Shown: positions 36,558-45,882 of the stretch, one piece after another
Numbering within the stretch: position 1 is the stretch's first letter
Layout of the letters: the number at the start of each line of letters is the position of its first letter
Origin: Minisyncoccota bacterium
GTDB taxonomy: Bacteria > Patescibacteriota > Minisyncoccia > Phycocordibacterales > WO2-35-19
Assembly: GCA_041664625.1 (NCBI GenBank)
Contig: JBAYKK010000001.1
Coordinates: 1,956-65,955 of the forward strand
Length of the DNA: 64,000 bases
Direction: 5' to 3'
Program-made: the position numbers and the translations under genes
The notes under the pieces: model-generated
Told to the model about the DNA's origin: nothing
Seen by the model: the letters and a program-made list of their open reading frames with translations, nothing else
Database searches by the model: none

Positions 36558-37340
36558 TCATTTTAAAATTTCAGCTTTTTTGTCGCTGAGTTTCTCCCAC
36601 CTTTCGACTATGGTGTTGCAATACGACTCCTCCATCTCAATCGCAAAACACCTTCGACCAAGATGTTCGCAAGCGATCAAAGTTGAACCCGATCCGGCAA
36701 ATGGATCAAAAACTATATCTTCTGGCTTGGTACTGTGGTATACGAGGCGACGCAATAGAGCCGGTGGCTTCATGGTTGGATGCAACTTGCTTTTGTGTGG
36801 TTTGGGATAGAAGAGGGCGGTTTTGTCTCGGTTACCGAAATATTCGTGCCTGCCGTACCAGCCATATATGATGAGCTCATGTTGGGGATGAAAATCTTTG
36901 CGGCCGACTATGTGATTGTTTTTAAGCCAAATGAGAAGAGAGGATTTGGTGTAGCTAGTGTCGTGTAGAGCATTCAAAAGTTCTCGCAACTTCATGTCAC
37001 TGTTGAAAATATAGAAGGCATTTTTGTCTTTAAGATATGGCCTCATCGGTTCAAGCCATTTTTTACAAAAACTATAATAATCCTGCTCAACCTCGTCTCC
37101 TTTTATGGCCGAGAATTTTTGATTGCTATTATCCTTATGAATTTTCTCCAAAAATTCCTGCTTGCCTTCGACGTAGCCAACTCCGTACGGGGGATCTGTT
37201 AAAACCAGAGTCGCTTTTTCTTTTTCAAAAAGCTGTTTTACATCCTCCACTTTTGTAGAGTCTCCAAGCATGAGCCTGTGCTCACCAAGTTTCCAGATTT
37301 TAGTTAAGTTTTTTTGCATGGTTGCCGGTGAAATGCTCAT
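36558..37340 (-). CDS. DNA methyltransferase of the N6-adenine/N4-cytosine class.
   Basis: 'LVLTDPPYGVGY' (motif IV) and 'FDPFAGSGST' (motif I). Confidence 0.8.
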   Translation of the reverse strand: MSISPATMQKNLTKIWKLGEHRLMLGDSTKVEDVKQLFEKEKATLVLTDPPYGVGYVEGKQEFLEKIHKDNSNQKFSAIKGDEVEQDYYSFCKKWLEPMRPYLKDKNAFYIFNSDMKLRELLNALHDTSYTKSSLLIWLKNNHIVGRKDFHPQHELIIYGWYGRHEYFGNRDKTALFYPKPHKSKLHPTMKPPALLRRLVYHSTKPEDIVFDPFAGSGSTLIACEHLGRRCFAIEMEESYCNTIVERWEKLSDKKAEILK

Positions 37341-38562
37341 AACGTCGAATGATGAGGTCGCAAAATGTCGGGTCGAGTTCGACCAAAAACGCTCGCCGCT
37401 TTAACTGCTCTGCCGCAATTAAGGTACTGCCACTGCCACCGAAGAGATCGAGGATAATTTCGCCGGGAGCAGAGCATCTTTTTATTGGTTTCTCATTTAA
37501 GGTAATTGGCTTTTGAGTTGGATGCTCGTAATCAGCAGAGTTGTCTCTCTTTACCAGCCAGAGTTGGACAATGCTCATGAGATCATCGTATAGGCCGATT
37601 GAGTTCACTTCTTTGTTTAGAACTTCGGATAGATTTTTAAGAGCCGGATTCAGAGAGGGAGTGCCTCGAGTGCCGTAAATGCAGGGCTCGATGACTTTGT
37701 TAAAAGCTACTTGTGGTGTTGGGTCAAAGTTATTTTTAACCCAAAAACAAATTCGGCGGTTGGTGACTTTATTCTGCCCGTAAAGTTGCTGGATTAGCCA
37801 GACATATTTTTCGTCACACCAGTAGAAGAGGTGGACATCGGGGTGGCTTACTGCTAGAGCATTTTGTATCGACTGTTCCAAAAATGTCTCGTACTCCTTG
37901 GCACTCTTGCTGTCATTCACCATTTTTTCAGGCGTATATTTTCCTTTGGAGCCAATGCCTTTTCTATAGTCCAAACCAATGTTATATGGTGGATCGCAGT
38001 ACACCATATTGGCTTTGTGCTCTCCCATGAGCTTCTGCACATTTTTCAAATCAAGGCAGTCTCCACAAAGAAGTCTGTGGTCTCCAAGTTCATACAGGTC
38101 GCCTGGCTTGCTTTCAGGAGTGACAATTTTTTCGAGTTCCTCTGCAACATTAAAATCGTCGTCTGTTATATCTAACACATCATCAAAAAATCCGTTAAGC
38201 TCGTCGGGAGTGAAGCCGACATCAAGGAGAAGGCCGGTATCAAAAGCTCTTAAAAGTTCCTCATCCCAGCTGCCCAAATTTTTGTTGAGCCGTAGGTTTA
38301 ACTCCTGCTCTCGCTCAAGCTCTGGAATAATGAGGTATACAACAGGCACTTCTGTAAAGCCCATCATTTTGGCGACCTTAAGGCGAAGGTGACCACCGAT
38401 CAGGATATTTTTTCTTTCTGGCGCACCATTCACTATTAGGGGATCGCATAGGCCAAATCGCTTTATACTCTCGGTCATATCGGCGATTGTTTTCTCATTC
38501 CATTTTCTGGGATTGTAGACCGAGGGTTTTAATTCACTCACTTTAACTTGTTCTATTTTCAT
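37300..38562 (-). CDS. ParB-like nuclease domain fused to a DNA methyltransferase.
   Basis: N-terminal ParB/Srx fold ('IGGHLRL'), then 'DPPYNIGLDY' and 'LDLFGGSGST'. Confidence 0.8.
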   Translation of the reverse strand: MKIEQVKVSELKPSVYNPRKWNEKTIADMTESIKRFGLCDPLIVNGAPERKNILIGGHLRLKVAKMMGFTEVPVVYLIIPELEREQELNLRLNKNLGSWDEELLRAFDTGLLLDVGFTPDELNGFFDDVLDITDDDFNVAEELEKIVTPESKPGDLYELGDHRLLCGDCLDLKNVQKLMGEHKANMVYCDPPYNIGLDYRKGIGSKGKYTPEKMVNDSKSAKEYETFLEQSIQNALAVSHPDVHLFYWCDEKYVWLIQQLYGQNKVTNRRICFWVKNNFDPTPQVAFNKVIEPCIYGTRGTPSLNPALKNLSEVLNKEVNSIGLYDDLMSIVQLWLVKRDNSADYEHPTQKPITLNEKPIKRCSAPGEIILDLFGGSGSTLIAAEQLKRRAFLVELDPTFCDLIIRRYEHFTGNHAKKLN

Positions 38563-38638
38563 AAAATTGGGTTAATTTTTAATTGTTTCTTTAATAATGC
38601 TTACTTGCGACATATAGTAACTATTTTAGGCAAAAAAA

Positions 38639-39172
38639 TTAGAATGATATCCCGGGCATCATGCGGAAGGGTAAATCGAGGTGTTCAAGCTGAATCCTGG
38701 CTACTGGTTTGGACACTCGGAACAATTTGGCGATGTCTTCAACAAATGGAAATGGTTCGTATTGATACACGTTTCTAACTGCCGGTTCCGGCATCAAAAT
38801 ATCCCCGGCAAAGCGGTCGCAGAGTCTCTCTACCCAACTATCATTGTCATCGGAATGGTACATTATGGCTGGTTCATTTGGAACGAGTACAATGTGAGCC
38901 AGTTCATGAGCGGCGGAGAATCTTTGCCTGACGATGCTTTCGTTTCCGTTAAGTATGATGAACCAACCTCTCTCCATGTCTCGGGTAGAGAAGGCGGAGA
39001 CTCCTTTCTCGAATGGAAAATCGGTCCTCGAGTGAACTTCTGCATCGCCCAAGTACTTGGTTATAACCTCCTTGATCACCACCGGAAGATTCAAAGATTC
39101 GCCATATACCTCTTTCAGTATCGCGTTGGCTTTATATTTAGAAACGTTTTTCCATTGCTCCGGGATCTCCAT
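38639..39172 (-). CDS. ImmA/IrrE-family metallopeptidase.
   Basis: 'AAHELAHIVL' HExxH motif in the DUF955 context. Confidence 0.7.
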   Translation of the reverse strand: MEIPEQWKNVSKYKANAILKEVYGESLNLPVVIKEVITKYLGDAEVHSRTDFPFEKGVSAFSTRDMERGWFIILNGNESIVRQRFSAAHELAHIVLVPNEPAIMYHSDDNDSWVERLCDRFAGDILMPEPAVRNVYQYEPFPFVEDIAKLFRVSKPVARIQLEHLDLPFRMMPGISF

Positions 39173-39178
39173 TGTCTT

Positions 39179-39520
39179 TTACTTAACTTTTAATTCCTTC
39201 TTGAGGTAGCCGATATAGTTTTCCACCATTTTCGACTGCTCCTCATTGAAGTTGTATTTGGCTCGGAGGAAGGTCGGGGTATCGGCCGATTTGATATAAT
39301 CCTCTTGAGTGATGCCCGCTTTGTTCAAAATGAATTCAAGCGGCTCACTTAACCCATCAGCTATTTTTCTTAATGTACTTACCGAGGGTGACTCATCTGG
39401 GTACTCACCTTGCTCTAAGCGGGAAATGTAGCCTCTGGTTAAACCAGAATTTTCGGCCAATTTCTCCTGCGTTAGTTCCTTATCCTCGCGCAAACTTTTT
39501 ATGACCTCAGCTAATTTCAT
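39179..39520 (-). CDS. XRE-family helix-turn-helix transcriptional regulator.
   Basis: 'QEKLAENSGLTRGYISRLEQGE'. Confidence 0.8.
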   Translation of the reverse strand: MKLAEVIKSLREDKELTQEKLAENSGLTRGYISRLEQGEYPDESPSVSTLRKIADGLSEPLEFILNKAGITQEDYIKSADTPTFLRAKYNFNEEQSKMVENYIGYLKKELKVK

Positions 39521-39849
39521 ATTTTTTCCTATTATTACTTTTCTATTCTAAGTCGACTGGAGATAGTATAGCATAAGTCGCTAAGATGTGAAGTATAGTT
39601 ACTATAAAAGTTGTGGATAACTGATTGTTTTTCATATCACAAAACAGAATTTAGCATTTGTCCAGAAAACCCAAAAGAATTTTGGCCTGTGCCAAAGTAC
39701 CTTTATTTTGCTTCATTTTCCGAATTTACTCTTTCACAGATTTGGCATTGTTTGGGTTTTCAAGACCCCGACCCGAACACTTCAATTCCACTTCTGGAAA
39801 TGTGCTAAAATACCCTTATGGTTACTAACCTAATGGGTACTTAACCCGA

Positions 39850-39925
39850 ATACACCGCCTTCGGTCCGCAGTAGCAGACCTTCGGCGTGACGAAGTCCGC
39901 CAGAAGGGGTGCGAAGGCGACCTTA
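39850..39925 (+). other. GC-rich multi-stem element directly upstream of the GIY-YIG gene.
   Basis: CGCCTTCG at 39861 pairs with CGAAGGCG at 39912, and an inner hairpin GACCTTCG-gcgtga-CGAAGTC sits between them. Confidence 0.35.
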
Positions 39926-39931
39926 GCCAAA

Positions 39932-40165
39932 ATGAATTACGTATACTCACTAAAATGCAAAGACGGCTTCTACATAGGATGTACTAATGATTTGAAAGAC
40001 AGAATCAAAAGACACGAAGCAGGACAGGTTGGTGCAACAAAAGATAGATTGCCTATTGAATTAGATTTTTATATAGCTCTTGATAATCAATACAAGGCCT
40101 TCAACTTCGAAAAATATTTGAAATCTGGTTCGGGTAGGACTTTTATAAAAAAGCATTTTGTTTAA
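39932..40165 (+). CDS. GIY-YIG nuclease-family protein.
   Basis: 'YVYSLKCKDGFYIGCTNDLKDRIKRH'. Confidence 0.7.
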   Translation: MNYVYSLKCKDGFYIGCTNDLKDRIKRHEAGQVGATKDRLPIELDFYIALDNQYKAFNFEKYLKSGSGRTFIKKHFV

Positions 40166-40250
40166 AAAACATAAAATTATGATTCCAATTTTGATGTAAA
40201 AAAGAGCCGCCCAGAGAGCGACGGCTCTCCGAGGCGGCGTTTGTGAAGAA

Positions 40251-40943
40251 CTATTTCGGCGGATCGGGTGGAGGTGTCCACGACTTCGGACAATACAGTC
40301 CGGCCCTTAGTTTTGCGCTGGGCTTAAGCACTTCGTGGAACGCAATCATGTCGAACTTACCATAGCCCCAATGACGACGCACCACTTGGTACAATTGGCC
40401 GGTGTATTCAAAGGAAAGGTACCAATTGCGTAACCAAGTCGGCATCGAAACTTCGTGGGAGATGTCCTTCTGAAGAAAGAGAGCCAGGGGTTGGTTCATT
40501 TTCCAGAAGAAAAATCGGTCGGCATAAGGCGGAATCCAGTTAATCTCTGCGACATCAAGCTCTTCGGGAAGTCCGAGCGATGACTGGAATGAGCGAACGC
40601 TCTTACCAACATCGCAATGACCCCAATCAATGAGGTAGAGTTCGCCGACATACTCGATACCTTTCCCTTTAAGGTAAGCTGAGGTCTTGCGGTTGATATC
40701 GGTCTCCGAGAGTTTAAGCGACAGCAACTGCTGAAGCTGCTCCGGCTCTGGGAGAGTGTTTTGTTTCGGTATGGCAGCAAGTAGCCGGTTCTCCTTGAAA
40801 AACTGGAGAGAAGAAAGAAGGGCATGCACTTGTTGAGGTGAACGCTCTCCTCTCTCAACGAAACCAACGGCTTGTGCGTAAAGACTGGCCAGATTCGCCA
40901 GCTCCTTGTTCCTCTCAAGTCTGGTATTTGCAGACATTGTCAA
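40251..40943 (-). CDS. Hypothetical protein in a GC-rich islet.
   Basis: ORF with clearly elevated GC. Confidence 0.4.
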   Translation of the reverse strand: MTMSANTRLERNKELANLASLYAQAVGFVERGERSPQQVHALLSSLQFFKENRLLAAIPKQNTLPEPEQLQQLLSLKLSETDINRKTSAYLKGKGIEYVGELYLIDWGHCDVGKSVRSFQSSLGLPEELDVAEINWIPPYADRFFFWKMNQPLALFLQKDISHEVSMPTWLRNWYLSFEYTGQLYQVVRRHWGYGKFDMIAFHEVLKPSAKLRAGLYCPKSWTPPPDPPK

Positions 40944-41139
40944 AGTCCTTTCAATGAATTTTCTCTTTGCAGTGTTAGTGCAACGAGTGTCCCCAGACGA
41001 ACCTGCTTGGTATTCGCAAACAGATTTTAATCGTTTTGGGTAAGGTTAGTCTAAATATATTTAATCATAATGTAAGTAATTTAGCAAATTGACGAATATC
41101 TCATAGTATGTTATCTTTTGCACAGGAAAGGAGGCTAGT

Positions 41140-42000
41140 GTGCACGGAAAAAACATTGCTCGCGGTTTGTTGGGAGCAGTAGGTATCTGGCTCACAGCCG
41201 GTCTCGCTCTCCCATTCGTCAATGTTTTGAAGTCTTTTACTCCCGAGCAGCTCATGTTTGCTCGCGGAATAATGACAGCCATCTTCGCGATTCTCATCAT
41301 GAGAGGAAAAGTGTTTCCGATTGATCGGTACACTCTCCTTTCAGGAGTCGGATTTGCATTCGGTTGCTTAGGACTGTACCACGGCATCCGAGAACTTGGA
41401 CCGAGCTTGGCGATCATCATTATCACCACCGCCCCAGTAGTTAATTTCTTGTTCGCTTGGGGCAGAGGCCGGCATGTTTCTTTTGCTGCCATCGGTAGTT
41501 TGGTGATCATGCTTGCAGGAGTAGTGTTTGCTCTCCATCCGTGGAATAGCACGACAACCCTCACGTTCAAAGGAGTGGCTTGGAGCATTTTCGGAGCAAC
41601 TTCCGGAGCGCTGTATTATGAAGCACTGTCCAAAGCCAAAGGAAGTCGCTTAACTCGCTGCTTCTGGCAAGCTTTGGTGGTAGCTCTAATTGCGATCTCG
41701 GGAAATATGGTTACAGGATCTGTAGTCCATATCCCTGAATTCAAAACCATGCTTCTCCTGGTCGCCTTCGCTCTCATGGGTGGTTTCTTGTACTTTATCG
41801 CCAACATCGAAGCTTTCGACAACCTGCCGACTGAAGTTGCAAGTGTGCTCGCTCAGGGAGAAACTCCGGCAGTCATTATCATGGCCGGGGTACTTCTCGG
41901 AGAGAAGCTCAGTTTGTCTCAATGGCTCGGGGTCGGAATTGCTCTTCTTGGTGCAGGATATCTCTCTCGCTGGATTTCTAACCAGCAAAAGGTCTCGTGA
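41140..42000 (+). CDS. EamA/DMT-family transporter.
   Basis: Ten TM helices with an internal duplication. GC-rich. Confidence 0.65.
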   Translation: MHGKNIARGLLGAVGIWLTAGLALPFVNVLKSFTPEQLMFARGIMTAIFAILIMRGKVFPIDRYTLLSGVGFAFGCLGLYHGIRELGPSLAIIIITTAPVVNFLFAWGRGRHVSFAAIGSLVIMLAGVVFALHPWNSTTTLTFKGVAWSIFGATSGALYYEALSKAKGSRLTRCFWQALVVALIAISGNMVTGSVVHIPEFKTMLLLVAFALMGGFLYFIANIEAFDNLPTEVASVLAQGETPAVIIMAGVLLGEKLSLSQWLGVGIALLGAGYLSRWISNQQKVS

Positions 42001-42087
42001 TACGCGTCACGGGACCTGCTTTTTTATTAATTTTCGATCTTGACTACCCCTAAAGTTTGAATCGCCAAAACATCGTCAAATAAATTA

Positions 42088-42120
42088 GCTTTATTTTTAT
42101 CCAAATTTCAATTAAACTGG
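42088..42120 (+). promoter_or_regulatory. Conserved upstream motif GCTTTATTTTTATCCAAATTTCAATTAAACTGG, copy 1.
   Basis: Near-identical 33-mer at 45407-45438. Confidence 0.5.
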
Positions 42121-42125
42121 TAATA

Positions 42126-42659
42126 ATGAAATTCGTAATTGGCTCGGGAAGTAAAAGAAAAATTGATATTGCTGAAAAAGTAATAAAGCAGTTTTTTAAT
42201 GGAGAGATTTCAATTGATAGTTTTGGAGCCAAATCCCAAATGCCAGACATCCCGTGGGACAAACAAACTTTTGATGGAGCAAGAAATAGAGCTTTGGACA
42301 GCAAATCTAATATAGCCGAAGGAGATTATTATATCGGTTTAGAAAGTGGTCTCATTGAGCGTTATGGGCATATTTATGAGGAGGCTTGGGCAGTTGTCGT
42401 TACTAAAGATGATACAGAATATAACGGCTACTCCAGTGGCCTCAAAGTCCCAGATTTTATACTCAAAAAGATGGATGAGCTCAAAATGGAACATTCTGAT
42501 GTTATGACTATCATTGAAAAAGAATACGGCAAGTTACCTAATGATACTTGGGGTACATATTCTGGCGGAACGATTTTACGAGAAGTGAGTCTGGAAGAAG
42601 CTCTGCGAAATGTTTTTATTCAAATCACTGCCCCAGAAAACAGTTTTTACAAAAAATAA
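42126..42659 (+). CDS. Non-canonical purine NTP phosphatase (YjjX/DUF84-like inosine/xanthosine triphosphatase).
   Basis: 'GARNRA', 'IGLESG' and an overall YjjX-like pattern. Confidence 0.5.
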   Translation: MKFVIGSGSKRKIDIAEKVIKQFFNGEISIDSFGAKSQMPDIPWDKQTFDGARNRALDSKSNIAEGDYYIGLESGLIERYGHIYEEAWAVVVTKDDTEYNGYSSGLKVPDFILKKMDELKMEHSDVMTIIEKEYGKLPNDTWGTYSGGTILREVSLEEALRNVFIQITAPENSFYKK

Positions 42660-42660
42660 T

Positions 42661-43260
42661 ATGGAAAATATAAATAATAATTGGACTGTATTACTTATTG
42701 GCGGTAGTTCTGGATTGGGCAAAACATATCTTGCTCAACAAATTGCGGAAAGGTATCGCATATCGCATATGGAAGCCGATGACCTTCGGGTGGCATTGAG
42801 AACAGTTACTAACCGAGAAGCACATCCTGAACTTTTTACATTCGTTGACCATCAAAATTATCTTGAAGAATTTGCGGAGGAGGAATTTGTAGAAAAGCAC
42901 ATTGCTGTTGGAGAAACCATTTGGCTTGCCATCAACGACATCATAACGAAGCATATAGGATTTAATGAACGGCTAATAATAGACGGGGATAGCGTTATTC
43001 CAACTTCGCTCGCAAAGCGAGACCAAACAGGTATAAAATCTGTTTTCCTATACGATGACCTTGAAGGTATTCGAGAGAGACAGATTAAAAGAAATCGCAA
43101 TAAAAAACGAACTCCCGAAAAAATGGAAACTAACGCTCAGTTTTCTTTTGCTTACAGTGAAGCCATCCGAAAACAAGCAGAGGAGTGCGGACTTATCACC
43201 TGCAAAGTTTCTCCCATTGAAACCCTGTTTGACCGTGTGGTTGATATTATTGAGGAATAA
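42661..43260 (+). CDS. P-loop NTPase / kinase-like protein.
   Basis: Walker A 'GGSSGLGKT'. Confidence 0.45.
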   Translation: MENINNNWTVLLIGGSSGLGKTYLAQQIAERYRISHMEADDLRVALRTVTNREAHPELFTFVDHQNYLEEFAEEEFVEKHIAVGETIWLAINDIITKHIGFNERLIIDGDSVIPTSLAKRDQTGIKSVFLYDDLEGIRERQIKRNRNKKRTPEKMETNAQFSFAYSEAIRKQAEECGLITCKVSPIETLFDRVVDIIEE

Positions 43261-43285
43261 AAAAGAAGGTTTACTTTGAAATAAA

Positions 43286-44058
43286 ATGAAAATAATTTCT
43301 CTCAACATCTGGGATGCTCGTATATTTGAGCCGCTTATGGGTTTCTTTGAACACAACCAAGATATTGATATTTTTTGTTTGCAAGAAGTGTTTAATGGTA
43401 CAGAACCAGTTTTTTTAGGAGAGGAGAGAAAAGAGTAAACGGTTTTTCGGAGATTGCATCAAAACTACCAAACTATAATGGATTTTTTATACCAGCAGAG
43501 GAAGCTCTTGATGATGAACCTCCGAGAGGAATATCTGTTCCTTATGGATTAGCAATTTTTGTGAAGAAAAACATAAAAATACTTTCACACCACCACGACT
43601 ATATTTTTGGTACTGGTAACGAATCATTGAGTGATGACGCGAGAACTCATAAGAGATTAATACAGACCGTGTGCATTTCTCATAATGGCTCGCCTGTGGC
43701 TATTTCAAATGTTCACGGACTATGGAATGGGCAGGGAAAAACAGACACCACAGACAGAATTGAACAATCTAATAAAATAAAAACCCACATAAAAAAATTT
43801 GAGCACCCAGTAATACTTGTTGGGGATTTTAATCTTCTACCAGATACAGAAAGTTTGGCAATTATCAGACACGAAATGAGAGATTTGATTAAGGAATACA
43901 ATATAACTTCTACACGAAGCAAACTTTATACTAAACACGAAAAACCTGTGCTTTTTGCAGATTATATTTTTACTTCACCAGAAATTAAGGTGGATGACTT
44001 CAAAGTTTTGCCAGATGTCGTCTCGGACCATTTACCTTTGTTATTAGATTTTAGCTAG
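43286..44058 (+). pseudogene. Endonuclease/exonuclease/phosphatase (EEP)-family gene interrupted by a -1 frameshift at a T7 run near 43410-43418.
   Basis: N-terminal 'ICLQEV' runs 43286-43438 and the rest, through the C-terminal 'SDHLP', continues from ~43396 in another frame. Confidence 0.5.
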
Positions 44059-44199
44059 TTACTAAGTGTTCACAATGTTGAATTTGGTGTAATCTGAAAG
44101 CATTAACGAGGTTCTCACTTCGTCTAATACCCTCCGCAATGATCCGCAAGGATAGCTTTGAATAGCTATGATTTTGATTCTGTGGTTTAATATTCTTAT

Positions 44200-44271
44200 G
44201 ACAAGGTAGCTCATCGGTAGAGCACCGCTATCACATAGCGGAGGTAGTGGGTTCAATTCCTACCCTTGTTA
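44200..44271 (+). tRNA. tRNA-Val (anticodon CAC).
   Basis: Hand fold: acceptor GACAAGG/CCTTGTT with a G1-U72 pair, anticodon stem CCGCT/AGCGG with loop ATCACAT, and T-loop TTCAATT. Confidence 0.75.
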
Positions 44272-44273
44272 CT

Positions 44274-45368
44274 ATGTCCACAAGTGATTGGTATAACCAA
44301 ATAGAAACTTCAGTCGCAAATCTTACTTCAAAAGGATTATTAAACGCCCTTGAGAAATTTGACGGCAAAGACAAGGAGGTTTTATCCAATCTTTTCATTA
44401 AGAAAATAGAGAAAAATAAAAATTTTAGACCCTTAGTTTTTTATATTGGATACTGTCTCGCAAAAGGTAAATTCATTCCGATTGATAGTTTATCTGATGA
44501 GGAAAAATCTATTATAGGTGATGTTACGGCTTCAATAGAAGCGGAAAACATATCCACATATTATGTTAACCACTATATTGACCAGAAAGGTGATATTAAA
44601 GACAAGCAGGACGAGAAAAACAGGGTGCTGGCGGGTATTTTGAGCAATACTATTGCACAGAACGTAATTGAGAATACAAGTCTTAGTCTTGATATAAAAG
44701 CTGAACTGATACGTTTGATAAACCAGATTGATATGGACATAGCAAAAGCACAAATCTACGAAGTAAATGTGGGTCTTTTTAGTAACCTTGAGGATTTCAA
44801 AAACGAGGAGGACTTTTTGAAAATTTATTTTGAAAGATGCAGAAAAATAAGTGGGCAGTTCTATGGTCGTTCAGCAGAAATGGGCTACATTGTCGGCTCC
44901 AGAAATATAAAAGAAACGAACGACAGAAAAAAAATAGAACAGTTTTATACTGAAATGGTAACGCTTCTTCAATATGCAAATGATATTGGAGATTACGCTC
45001 TCCCTAATATGCATTCTGGAACAGCAGAGAAGAATTTTTATAAGGATTATGGTAGTGATTTCAAGAATCAACGGTTAACATATCCGAATTATTTACTCCT
45101 AAAAAGAGTGGAGGATTTGAACGATAAAGAATTAATAAAGAGCATTCTTTCAGAAGGTTTTGACACACACAGGATGAAAGATTTTATGGCACTGATGAAT
45201 AAATTGGAAATATTCAAAGATTGTTTCAGTCTACTTAATTCAAAATTTAACCAAGAAAAGAAGAAGCTCTGGTTACGGAACTCTGAATTGAGGAAGCTTA
45301 TTTCAAGTTCCGTCATCATTATAAGGTCAAACAAATTATTAACCTCAATAAAGAAAGTTATGGTCTAA
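44274..45368 (+). CDS. Hypothetical protein starting 3 nt after the tRNA.
   Basis: AT-rich ORF. Confidence 0.4.
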   Translation: MSTSDWYNQIETSVANLTSKGLLNALEKFDGKDKEVLSNLFIKKIEKNKNFRPLVFYIGYCLAKGKFIPIDSLSDEEKSIIGDVTASIEAENISTYYVNHYIDQKGDIKDKQDEKNRVLAGILSNTIAQNVIENTSLSLDIKAELIRLINQIDMDIAKAQIYEVNVGLFSNLEDFKNEEDFLKIYFERCRKISGQFYGRSAEMGYIVGSRNIKETNDRKKIEQFYTEMVTLLQYANDIGDYALPNMHSGTAEKNFYKDYGSDFKNQRLTYPNYLLLKRVEDLNDKELIKSILSEGFDTHRMKDFMALMNKLEIFKDCFSLLNSKFNQEKKKLWLRNSELRKLISSSVIIIRSNKLLTSIKKVMV

Positions 45369-45406
45369 TTGATTTTAGCAGTAGCAAACTGATTAAAAAT
45401 TACTGG

Positions 45407-45438
45407 CTTTATTTTTATCCAAGTTTCAATTAAACTGG
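45407..45438 (+). promoter_or_regulatory. Conserved upstream motif, copy 2 (GGCTTTATTTTTATCCAAGTTTCAATTAAACTGG).
   Basis: Matches 42088-42120. Confidence 0.5.
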
Positions 45439-45442
45439 GGGT

Positions 45443-45764
45443 ATGAAGATTGTTAAATTTAGACCACATTTAACCTCTGATATTATCCGGAGAGAAAAAT
45501 TCTACTTGGAGATTATTTGATGATAAAGATTTATCTTTAAATGACGAGTTTATTATTCAAGAATGGGGTACGGGGGAAAATTTCGGTAAGGCGTTGATAA
45601 TTAAAGTTGAAGAAAAGAAACTTAAAGATTTGCAAGATAGTGATTTTGAAGGGCATGAGAAATATGAGAGTGAAGAAAAAATGTATGAGAATTACAGGAA
45701 ATATTATGGAGACAAAGTGACCCCCGACACTGTTGTAAAAATGATCGATTTTAAACTTAATTAG
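45443..45764 (+). pseudogene. ASCH-domain protein gene with a single-nucleotide frameshift near 45472-45476 (a C-run).
   Basis: Frame 0 reads 'MKIVKFRPHLT' to a stop at 45518. Frame +1 then reads 'PLILSGEKNSTWRLFDDKDL...' to 45764. Confidence 0.5.
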
Positions 45765-45882
45765 TAGTAGAAAATAATTTTCTAACGAATTACTTCTTTT
45801 CAAAAAAATCTTTTTTGGATTTTTGGGTAAATAGAAAGAGGGCGGCCGCTTGGGTCGCCCCCATAAGGATGCGGAGTTTTTC

